64,000 nucleotides of DNA from a bacterium (GTDB lineage: Bacteria > Patescibacteriota > Dojkabacteria > B142 > OLB20), in the NCBI GenBank assembly GCA_021463645.1, contig JAJTYI010000002.1, positions 12,080-76,079 of the forward strand, given 5' to 3'. The notes under the pieces were generated by a model. That model had not been told where the DNA came from. It worked only from the letters and a program-made list of their open reading frames with translations, and did no database searches. Position numbers and translations under genes: made by a program. This document shows, piece by piece, positions 27,338-36,243 of the stretch. The first letter of the stretch is position 1; each line of letters opens with the position of its first letter.

Positions 27338-28588
27338 ATGTCCCTTAAAGTTCTTATGTTCGGATGGGAGTTAGCTCCCATAGTTTATGGAGGATTAGGG
27401 GTTGTCTGTCGTTCAATTACAGAAAGACTTATTCAATCTAACATCCGGGTCACGTATGTAATTCCGAAATTGCCGGTACCTATCGACATCCCTAATTTAA
27501 ATCTTGTAAACGCCTCCGAAATTGTATTGGACGAAAAAATGTTTAGTAAATTATCTATCAATTCCACACTAACTCCTTACGTAAATAACGAAAGCTATAC
27601 TCAGTTTGTCAATTTCCTTCGAAAAAACCACATTGGTGAGCAAAATTCAGATGTATACGGGATGGACTTGTTTACTGAAGTTGAAAGATATTCGTACCGA
27701 GCTAGAGATTTAGTCAAATCTGCAGATTTCGATGTGATTCATTGCCATGATTGGATGACTTTCAAAGCAGGAGTCTTCGCAAAACAAATCTCAGGTAAAC
27801 CACTTGTTGTCCACGTACACGCTACAGAATATGACAGATCAGCTGGAAACCCAAATCCAGCAGTATTAGACTATGAGAGATTTGGTCTAGAAAATGCTGA
27901 CAAAATCATAGCAGTTTCAAATTTCACAAAAGACAAAATAGTAGAAAAGTACAATATTGATCCCTCGAAAATAAGAGTCGTTCATAACGCTATCGAGAAA
28001 AATATCACAAATAGTTCTGTCAGACCAGAAATGACAAAACAAAAAGATGAAAAGATGGTATTATTTCTTGGAAGACTCACGATTGCTAAAGGAGCAGATT
28101 ATTTACTCCAAGCAGCTCAAAAAGTAATCAAAATTGTTCCTGAAGCAAAGTTTGTATTCGTAGGAAAAGGTGAGATGATCAAAGAATTGATAGACATGAG
28201 TATAGAACTTGGCATTTCAGAGAATATTGTTTTCACTGGATGGTTAAATCACGAACAAGTTGACCAAGCATACAAACAAGCTGATTTGTTTGTAATGCCT
28301 TCTATCACAGAGCCGTTTGGACTGACAGCTCTTGAAGCTATGAGAAATGGAACGCCAGTGTTGTTATCGAGACAAAGTGGTGTAAGTGAAGTGGTACAAA
28401 ACTGCTTAAAAGTTGATTTCTGGGACATTGATGCAATGGCAAATAAAATACTTTCAGTGCTTAGATATCAACCTTTACAAGAAACGTTACGTGAAAATGG
28501 TAACCACGATGTGAACCATCTAAGTTGGGAATCACAAACAAGTAAAATAATAGATTTATACAACGAATTGATTACTGATGAATACTAA
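27338..28588 (+). CDS. Glycogen(starch) synthase-like glycosyltransferase (GT4/GT5, GT-B fold)
   Basis: N-terminal KVLMFGWELAPIVYGGLGVV (starch-synthase catalytic-domain style) and C-terminal glycosyltransferase group 1 motif EPFGLTALEAM. Confidence 0.7.
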   Translation: MSLKVLMFGWELAPIVYGGLGVVCRSITERLIQSNIRVTYVIPKLPVPIDIPNLNLVNASEIVLDEKMFSKLSINSTLTPYVNNESYTQFVNFLRKNHIGEQNSDVYGMDLFTEVERYSYRARDLVKSADFDVIHCHDWMTFKAGVFAKQISGKPLVVHVHATEYDRSAGNPNPAVLDYERFGLENADKIIAVSNFTKDKIVEKYNIDPSKIRVVHNAIEKNITNSSVRPEMTKQKDEKMVLFLGRLTIAKGADYLLQAAQKVIKIVPEAKFVFVGKGEMIKELIDMSIELGISENIVFTGWLNHEQVDQAYKQADLFVMPSITEPFGLTALEAMRNGTPVLLSRQSGVSEVVQNCLKVDFWDIDAMANKILSVLRYQPLQETLRENGNHDVNHLSWESQTSKIIDLYNELITDEY

Positions 28589-29900
28589 AGAAAAGAACAA
28601 TTACAAAAAGTCAGTCTGCTTCTACTTTCAGGTACATCAGCCCCTGCGCCTCACACAATTTAATTACTTCAATAAAGGCAACACAAGTGGTTATTTCAAA
28701 GGGGATTTGCCACACACAAATAAATTTTTCATAGAGAAAGTCGGAAAAAAAAGTTACCATCCCACAAATAATTTATTACTCGAACTATTAGCCAAGCACA
28801 AAGAATTTAAATGTAGCTTTTCGATTTCTGGAATTGCACTCGAACAGTTCGAGAAATATGACCCCACTTTGATAGAAAGCTTTCAAAGTCTTGTTAAAAC
28901 ACGAAGAGTAGAACTTCTAAGTGAGACGTATTACCATTCTTTGAGTTGGATTTATTCCAAACAAGAATTCGCAGAACAAATCATCCTACACAGAAAGAAA
29001 ATTTATAAACTATTTAAAAAACGACCAAAAGTATTTCGAAATACTGAGTTGATTTACAACAACGAACTTGCCAATTTCATCAGGAAGATGGGATTTGATG
29101 CGATTTTAGCCGAGGGTTGGGATTATTATCTCAAATCAAAATCTCCAAACTACGTCTACAACGCTCCTAAATTCGACCTACATCCTGAAGATGAAAAGAT
29201 AATTAGAAATTACAAGATAAAGGACAGAGCAAATCGTAAAATCGCCTTGCTTCTCAAAAATTACAAACTTTCTGATGACATTGCTTTCAGATTCTCAGAT
29301 GTAAATTGGAAAGAGCATCCACTCAGCGTCGAAAAATTTGTGGATTGGGTTGAGAGTACCGATGGTGAAACAATCAATCTTTTTATGGATTACGAAACTT
29401 TTGGAGAACATCAGTGGGAAGATAGTGGAATATTTAAGTTCTTGGAATTATTGCCTGCAGAACTTATTAGAAGAGGTATTGGTTTTCGTGCACCTAGTGA
29501 AACTGTGCGAGATTTTGAAGCAAGAGACGAAATTGATATTCACAATTTAATATCATGGGCAGATATTGAAAGAGACTTGTCTGCATGGCTAGGAAATAAA
29601 ATGCAAAGACATGCAGCTGACCAAATTTATAAATATGAACAACTGGTAAGAAGTGCTATTGGTACAATTTCTGACAAATTAACGAAAAGAAAGCTTTTAT
29701 CAACTTGGAGAAAATTACAAACCTCAGATCATTTTTACTATATGTCGACGAAATATTGGAATGACGGAGATATTCATAAGTACTTCAGTCCATATGAGTC
29801 GCCTTACGATGCGTATATTAACTACATGAATGTCGTAAGTGATTTTAGCGATAAGCTAAAACAAATGGTCAGTTATAAATCCTACTTGAAAAATGATTAA
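28578..29900 (+). CDS. GH57-family alpha-glucan enzyme (amylase / glucanotransferase / branching type)
   Basis: CFYFQVHQP N-terminal motif, WDYY.. and ..MDYETFGEH (GH57 catalytic Glu region). Confidence 0.7.
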   Translation: MNTKEKNNYKKSVCFYFQVHQPLRLTQFNYFNKGNTSGYFKGDLPHTNKFFIEKVGKKSYHPTNNLLLELLAKHKEFKCSFSISGIALEQFEKYDPTLIESFQSLVKTRRVELLSETYYHSLSWIYSKQEFAEQIILHRKKIYKLFKKRPKVFRNTELIYNNELANFIRKMGFDAILAEGWDYYLKSKSPNYVYNAPKFDLHPEDEKIIRNYKIKDRANRKIALLLKNYKLSDDIAFRFSDVNWKEHPLSVEKFVDWVESTDGETINLFMDYETFGEHQWEDSGIFKFLELLPAELIRRGIGFRAPSETVRDFEARDEIDIHNLISWADIERDLSAWLGNKMQRHAADQIYKYEQLVRSAIGTISDKLTKRKLLSTWRKLQTSDHFYYMSTKYWNDGDIHKYFSPYESPYDAYINYMNVVSDFSDKLKQMVSYKSYLKND

Positions 29901-31821
29901 TTTTGGTTCATACCAAAGAGAATTCCTTATAACAAATAAGCTGGGTACATATTCTTCAGCTAATTTCCTCTATGGCAACACGAGAAAATATCATTCTCTT
30001 CTTGCTAGTACTCAAGGGCATCTTAGTAGAACAAATGTTTTAAATAGGGTGCTTGATAGAATAGAGACAACACAAGGTGATTTCGCACTTTCTACAAATA
30101 TTTATCAAAATTATCACTTTGATCCCGAAGGGTTCCGCAATATAGCAAATTTCGAGTTTGAACCACTCCCAAAGTGGTTGTACAGGGTTCCGGGTATTAG
30201 TATTGAGAAAACGATAATGCTACTCTCAGAGGATGATACACTTCTCATAAAATACAACATAAACTCATCAACTGCAGGAAAATTATTTTTATCACCTTTA
30301 ATCAATATCAGAGATATTCATGAAAATGGAACTAATGAGGCGTTCAAAAATTACAAATTATTGTCTTTGGGAAATTATGGGAATGTAACATCCGAACAAA
30401 ACCTTTCCATTAAATTTATTTCAGACAATGCTAGATTCATACAAAAACCTGATACTTATTTTCACATCTATTACCCGGATGAAGAGCAAAGAGGTTACTA
30501 TCCGTATGAAGACTTATTTATGCCCGGACATTTCGAATCAAACTTCATTGCTGGTGAGACAGACCACTATTTTGCATTTCATTTCAATCAAACCACAGAA
30601 GAAAACAAGATTGAAGATATGTGGCAAGACGAATACGATAGATACTACTCCGATTCCGTGGTTAAACCACGGAATGACCTTGAGAAATCCTTGTTATCCC
30701 AGAGTGACAAACTGAAAATCTCCAGTGCTAAACACACAGGAATTGTAGCGGGATATCACTGGTTTGATGAATGGGCAAGGGATACATTTATCTCAGTTCA
30801 TGGATTGGCACTTGCTCAAAATGATTTCGATTTTGCAAAGAAATTATTTATTGAATGGGGTAAAAGTTTTCAAGATGGAATGCTTCCGAATCGATTGTTC
30901 ATTAACAAAATCATGAATTCAGTCGATGGGATGTTTTGGTTTGTGGTTCGCTTGTATGAATACATTGAAATGACTTCGGATTATGATACAGCCAAATTGT
31001 TACTTCCCGATATTGAAGAAATTTTTACGAGTATTTTAGAAGGTAAAAACAAACTTCATATCACTTCAGATGGGTTTCTCTCTGATGATAGCCTTACAGA
31101 AGCACGTACTTGGATGGATGCAATTGTCGAAGGCAAACCTGTCACCGATAGAAGTGGTTGTGCAGTTGAGATTCAAGCTCTCTGGTACAACTATTTAAGA
31201 ATATTGATAATTTTCAAAGAAAAATTCGAAGATCGTACTCATCTTAATCAATTAAAAGACCTCAAAGTTAAAATTGAAAATAATTTCGAAGAGAAATTTT
31301 GGAATCAATCAACAAATTGCTTGTATGACGTCATTGGCTTAAAAGAATTAGACAAATCCATACGACCAAACCAAATCATAGCTTTGTATCTTCCATTTAA
31401 ACTCCTCACTAGCAAGAGAAGTAAAATGATTCTGGCCACAATAGAACAAAAACTACTTACAGACGTAGGATTAAGAACATTATCCCGAGAAGACGAAAGA
31501 TATTTAGGTGATTACTCAGGTAATCAAAAACAAAGAGATTTAAGCTATCACCAGGGCACAATTTGGCCATATTTATTAGGGTTCTATTTAGTCTCATATC
31601 TTAAAACCTATAATCATTCTTCCTCAAGTATTAAGTATGTGGAAGAAAAGTTAAAGAGTTTTGATGAAAGCATTCAATCAAAAAACTTAAAGTATATTCC
31701 TGAAGTTTTTAGTGCAGATTTAGTAGAACCAAACGGATGTTTACTTCAAGCTTGGAGCGTTGCAACGTTGTTGGAAACAATTTATTATTTAAAGATTAAT
31801 CGAGATATTAATGTCAACTAG
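29893..31821 (+). CDS. Glycogen debranching enzyme (amylo-alpha-1,6-glucosidase, GDE_C type)
   Basis: GYHWFDEWARDTFIS, AVEIQALWYN and YHQGTIWPYLLG, an (alpha/alpha)6 barrel signature. Confidence 0.8.
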   Translation: MINFGSYQREFLITNKLGTYSSANFLYGNTRKYHSLLASTQGHLSRTNVLNRVLDRIETTQGDFALSTNIYQNYHFDPEGFRNIANFEFEPLPKWLYRVPGISIEKTIMLLSEDDTLLIKYNINSSTAGKLFLSPLINIRDIHENGTNEAFKNYKLLSLGNYGNVTSEQNLSIKFISDNARFIQKPDTYFHIYYPDEEQRGYYPYEDLFMPGHFESNFIAGETDHYFAFHFNQTTEENKIEDMWQDEYDRYYSDSVVKPRNDLEKSLLSQSDKLKISSAKHTGIVAGYHWFDEWARDTFISVHGLALAQNDFDFAKKLFIEWGKSFQDGMLPNRLFINKIMNSVDGMFWFVVRLYEYIEMTSDYDTAKLLLPDIEEIFTSILEGKNKLHITSDGFLSDDSLTEARTWMDAIVEGKPVTDRSGCAVEIQALWYNYLRILIIFKEKFEDRTHLNQLKDLKVKIENNFEEKFWNQSTNCLYDVIGLKELDKSIRPNQIIALYLPFKLLTSKRSKMILATIEQKLLTDVGLRTLSREDERYLGDYSGNQKQRDLSYHQGTIWPYLLGFYLVSYLKTYNHSSSSIKYVEEKLKSFDESIQSKNLKYIPEVFSADLVEPNGCLLQAWSVATLLETIYYLKINRDINVN

Positions 31822-33787
31822 TTTAGTACTTGGAAACGGATCAACTCTTGTAAATATTGATGATGATTTAAATCTGAAAGATTTTTATTGGCCATTTGTC
31901 GGAGAAGCAAATCATTTAAGCGAAAAAGCCAATGAAATTTTCTTTCTAATTGACGGCAATATCGTCCATCTCAATAAAGATAATTTCATTATCAAAACAA
32001 ATTATTTTGATAATTCTCTGGTATCAAGTTCATCTGCATATAGCGAATTGTACAGGTTGGAAATCACCTTCACTGATTTTGTGCTTTACGATAAGGATAT
32101 ATTCCTCAGAAGGATGAATATCATAAATAAAGATGAAGAATATCGCGAAATCAAAGTCTTTTTTAAACACAATTACTACATGCGAGAAGACGATAGTGGA
32201 AATACTGCCACTTGGTACGAACCAGCAAAAATTATGTGTCATTATAAAAAGAATTCATATCTAGGTATGGGTTTTTGTTCAAAAGTTCATGAATACACCT
32301 GTGCAGCTCCAAATGACAACGATAATAAAGGTGCATACCCAGATAATGAAGGTAAGTTGGCTTTTAACCCTGTAAGTACAGGAACATCTCAATCCTGCAT
32401 ATCTGCTTTATTGAAGATTCAGGGGAATTCTTCGCAAGAACTTGAGTATTTTATAGTTTGTGGACAAAACTACAACGAAATTGCTGATCTAGCGAGGTTT
32501 ATACGCAAAGCGGACAGAAAGAATATCGAAGAAAAAACCAACTATTTCTGGCAAAATTGGCTTAATCCTAAAACAAATATCAAATTCTATAAGGAAGACG
32601 AAAAAAATCGTCAACTTGAAACTCTTTACACAAGATCTTTATTAATTTTAAGGACTCAAACTGACAAAAACGGTGCGATAATAGCCGCCAATGACTCAAC
32701 TTTCGTAAAACAAGGTGGTAAAGATTCATACTCGTATATGTGGCCTAGAGATGGAGCACATACTGCAATGGCATACATCGAGGCAGGTTATCCCGAATTA
32801 GCTAAGAATTTCTTTCTATTCTGTGAAAAAGTAATTACTAAAGAAGGGTTTTTACATCATAAGTATTATTCCGATCTTTCAAAAGGTATCGGTAGTAGCT
32901 GGCATCCATGGGTAGACAAATATGGAAACGAACAACTACCTATCCAAGAGGACGAGACAGCCGGTGTTATAGTTGCATTAAACAAATATTATCAACACTA
33001 TGAAGATCGCGGACTCATCACAGAACTTTGGAATTCTTTCATTGTACCTGCCCTGAACTTTCTCATCGATTATAGATTTCTAAGTAACAATCTTACTGAT
33101 AATCATCCAATAGGTTTTAAACTTGCCGGCTCTATGCTCCCAAAGCCTAGCTACGACATTTGGGAAATTCACTGGGGAGTTCATAGCTATACCATAGCCA
33201 TGGTTTACTCTGCTTTGAAAGCTGGAGCACAGTTGGCCGAAAGTATGAAGTACGAACATCTAATAGAGTCATGTGCACAAGCTGCTGACAGCATAAAAGA
33301 AGCATACGAAAAGTACTTTTATGATGAGAAAGACAGTACTTTCATAAATAGTATCTATTGCAATCCACTTCATACAAAATCACGAATTGACAAGTTGTCA
33401 GATGCATCTATACACGCTCTGTGGATGTATGGAATGTTCGACATTGACGACAAACGTATTAAATCCACTATTGAGAAAATTGAGGCTGATTTGTGGCTTG
33501 ATACTGAGGTGGGTGGAATTGCTAGAAAAATGGAAGATCACTACATGCTTATAGATAAATCCCTCCCAGGTAACCCTTGGTTTATCTCTGCTCTATGGAT
33601 GGTTCAATACTATTTAAAAATTGGAGACAAATCAAAGGCCACTAGATATCTTGACTGGGTAATCGATCATACTGACCACACAGGCCTCATGGCCGAACAA
33701 GCTCATCCTCATACAGGGTTCGGACTTTCTATGAAACCGCTTACTTGGTCTCATTCGGAGTTCGTGAGAACTATCAATATGTTCTGA
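31811..33787 (+). CDS. GH15 glucoamylase/glucodextranase-family protein
   Basis: YSYMWPRDGAHTAMA, QEDETAGVIVAL and WSHSEFVR. Confidence 0.8.
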   Translation: MSTSLVLGNGSTLVNIDDDLNLKDFYWPFVGEANHLSEKANEIFFLIDGNIVHLNKDNFIIKTNYFDNSLVSSSSAYSELYRLEITFTDFVLYDKDIFLRRMNIINKDEEYREIKVFFKHNYYMREDDSGNTATWYEPAKIMCHYKKNSYLGMGFCSKVHEYTCAAPNDNDNKGAYPDNEGKLAFNPVSTGTSQSCISALLKIQGNSSQELEYFIVCGQNYNEIADLARFIRKADRKNIEEKTNYFWQNWLNPKTNIKFYKEDEKNRQLETLYTRSLLILRTQTDKNGAIIAANDSTFVKQGGKDSYSYMWPRDGAHTAMAYIEAGYPELAKNFFLFCEKVITKEGFLHHKYYSDLSKGIGSSWHPWVDKYGNEQLPIQEDETAGVIVALNKYYQHYEDRGLITELWNSFIVPALNFLIDYRFLSNNLTDNHPIGFKLAGSMLPKPSYDIWEIHWGVHSYTIAMVYSALKAGAQLAESMKYEHLIESCAQAADSIKEAYEKYFYDEKDSTFINSIYCNPLHTKSRIDKLSDASIHALWMYGMFDIDDKRIKSTIEKIEADLWLDTEVGGIARKMEDHYMLIDKSLPGNPWFISALWMVQYYLKIGDKSKATRYLDWVIDHTDHTGLMAEQAHPHTGFGLSMKPLTWSHSEFVRTINMF

Positions 33788-33825
33788 ATTCGGAATTTAT
33801 AGTTTAGGATTCAGAAATATAAGTT

Positions 33826-33980
33826 GCGAGAGATTCCCGCTACCGAGGGAAAATGATTCATTTCCCTGACCTGATCCCGCCTTGGATACTTGGCAGGACG
33901 GATCTCTAGGTAGTGATTTCTCGAGTTATACAGTGCTGAAATCATCTGCGAGAGATCCCTTCTTTCGAAGGGAAATTAAA
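33826..33980. repeat. REP-like hairpin modules (GAGAGAT-CCC family)
   Basis: GCGAGAGATTCCC-GCTACCGA-GGGAAAATG, TTTCCCTGACCTGATC..GGATCTCTAG and GCGAGAGATCCCTT-CTTTCG-AAGGGAAATTAAA. Colinear with 43413-43516. Confidence 0.7.
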
Positions 33981-34000
33981 CGTACTGAATGCTGAATATT

Positions 34001-35401
34001 TTAAGTGTTCACTACTACCATCTTCCCTCTTGTCATCAAATCAAGTGTTTCAATTGTACCTTGCATTAATTGGCCAGAGTCTTTCACTCCTCCAAATGGA
34101 AAATTATCAGGACCACGGTCGGGTTTAGCATTTATCTGAACTGTTCCAACTTCAATTTTGTCTGCAAGACGAAATGCCTGGTCTATGTTGGAAGTATAGA
34201 GACTTGCTTGTAGCCCATATGGCGAACCATTGACTAATTTGATCAATTCTTCTTCTGTTTCATATTTTCCAATAGGTAGTAATGGACCAAATTGTTCTTC
34301 GTAGAAAACTCTCATTTCAGGATTTACATTTGAGACAACTGCAGGTGAGAGTTTGTTTGATTCATGGTTGGGCGATACTTTAACATCGGCACCTTTTGAA
34401 GTCGCATCAATATATAACTCCATTACAAAGTCAGCAGCAGATTCATCAATCATTGGGTTTAATTCTAGTTTTTGAGTTTCTTCTGCAATTCTATGAGTGA
34501 ATTCATCGTATTTTGAAACATGAACCAAAGCCAACTTCTGTGCTGTGCATCGTTGCCCACAGTAGGAGAAAGCACCTTTGACAATTTCCTTTACAGCTAA
34601 TTCCAAATCTGCGTTTTCTGTAACTACCCCAATGTCTTTACCACCCAGCTCTAAAAGTAGAGGAACTCCGAGCGAGACTTTTCGAATGTGATTACCTACT
34701 TCAGTACTTCCTGTGAATGCGATTAGTTTGACTAATGGGTGTGTCAAAAGTGGATCTCCGATTTCTTTCGAACTTCCACTTACAATATTCAAAACACCAT
34801 TTGGTAACCCTGCCTTGGTAAAATGCTTATAGAACTCGTAACTAGTATACGCTCCCTGTGTAGAAGGTTTGAGCACTACAGTATTTCCAGATAACAATGC
34901 AGGAGCAACTTTTGTGATAGATAGGTTTATAGGATAATTAAATGGCGAAATGGCTAACACAACACCCAATGGAACTCTTGAGTATATTCCTGTTTTCTTA
35001 TTTCGTGGATATTTGGGATCGATGTCTCCGTAATAAACATTACCTTTCCAGTGTTTCATTGCGGAAAGCATGAGTTCCATGTAATCAATAGATCTATTTA
35101 TCTCACTTCTCGCATCCTCTTCAAATTTTCCAATTTCTTTGTGAAGTAACTGCGCCAACCATTCTGCTTCCTCTCTCAAACTTTTAATCGCTTTTGTAAA
35201 TATTTCCATTCTGTCGGAAAGATTGCTATATCTCCAAGTTTGGAAAGCCTCATCTGAACTAGCAACTGCATTTTCAGCTTGTACTTTACTAGCAGATGCC
35301 ACACTAGCAAATGTTTGTAAATCCCAAGGTGACTTAATTTCAATATTCCCGTGATCACCTTCTAGATTTTGACCATTAATTATAAGAGACTGATTTTCCA
35401 T
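34001..35401 (-). CDS. NAD(P)-dependent aldehyde dehydrogenase, GapN-like (non-phosphorylating GAPDH)
   Basis: ALDH motifs LELGGKD and FSYCGQRCTAQK (catalytic Cys) plus EEQFGPLLP. Confidence 0.75.
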   Translation of the reverse strand: MENQSLIINGQNLEGDHGNIEIKSPWDLQTFASVASASKVQAENAVASSDEAFQTWRYSNLSDRMEIFTKAIKSLREEAEWLAQLLHKEIGKFEEDARSEINRSIDYMELMLSAMKHWKGNVYYGDIDPKYPRNKKTGIYSRVPLGVVLAISPFNYPINLSITKVAPALLSGNTVVLKPSTQGAYTSYEFYKHFTKAGLPNGVLNIVSGSSKEIGDPLLTHPLVKLIAFTGSTEVGNHIRKVSLGVPLLLELGGKDIGVVTENADLELAVKEIVKGAFSYCGQRCTAQKLALVHVSKYDEFTHRIAEETQKLELNPMIDESAADFVMELYIDATSKGADVKVSPNHESNKLSPAVVSNVNPEMRVFYEEQFGPLLPIGKYETEEELIKLVNGSPYGLQASLYTSNIDQAFRLADKIEVGTVQINAKPDRGPDNFPFGGVKDSGQLMQGTIETLDLMTRGKMVVVNT

Positions 35402-35513
35402 AATTACAAATTGTTAACAAAATTTTGAGTATAGGAGTAATTAATATAAATAATATAGCCAATTGCTATTAAAATGAGAATTATTAAAATGATTGTTTTG
35501 TGATATTCTTTCA

Positions 35514-36140
35514 TTATTCGGTTATTGGTTTGGCAACGACTATCAGCCTTTTTTCAGCTGATAGACCGCTACAAGTATAAAGTGTAAGTATGTCGTCTTT
35601 GGTCGGACCTTCTACAGCTATATCTTCGGGATTTGTCTCATAAACCTTCTCTATCTTATATTTATATTCTTTTTCTTTCCAAAAGACAATAATTTCTTCC
35701 CCAGCTACTAGTTTGTTCAAATGGTAGAAAGTGTTTTTTCCTTGGCCAAAAAATCTATGACCTACAACCACTGTATTCCCACCAGCATCGGGGGACGATG
35801 TAAGTGGTCTTCTCCAGGATTGTCCTTCGTTCAGTATATCGATGGTATCCCCCTCCAATATTTCCGCATCCACGTTAATAGCAGGAATAACTACTCTATT
35901 TTCTTTTGGGATAGGTTTCAACTTTTCTTCGTCAATTCCAGCTTCCTTAGCTGAGTTGCTTTTATATACAAATCCCTGTGTTTCATCTTGTTTTCGATTT
36001 AGGATTAGTTCCAGTTCAGGGAGAAATGGGGAAACCATTATGTATATGGAGAGAAGGAATAAAATAATCGAAAGTATTTTATTAATCCGAGGTAGATTTC
36101 GAGTAAGTTTTGATTGTCTTTTTACCGTGATTTTTTTCAT
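35514..36140 (-). CDS. Sortase-family transpeptidase
   Basis: N-terminal TM anchor, VVVGHR (His), LTLYTCSG (TLxTC Cys) and a C-terminal Arg (EKRLIVVA). Confidence 0.8.
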   Translation of the reverse strand: MKKITVKRQSKLTRNLPRINKILSIILFLLSIYIMVSPFLPELELILNRKQDETQGFVYKSNSAKEAGIDEEKLKPIPKENRVVIPAINVDAEILEGDTIDILNEGQSWRRPLTSSPDAGGNTVVVGHRFFGQGKNTFYHLNKLVAGEEIIVFWKEKEYKYKIEKVYETNPEDIAVEGPTKDDILTLYTCSGLSAEKRLIVVAKPITE

Positions 36141-36243
36141 ATTTGTAATTATAGCATTTATTAATTCTTAAATTTTAATCTTTAATAATTCTTGCAGTGA
36201 TTTTTTTTCTGGCGCATAATGTTATTTCACAAAAGGTAATTTT

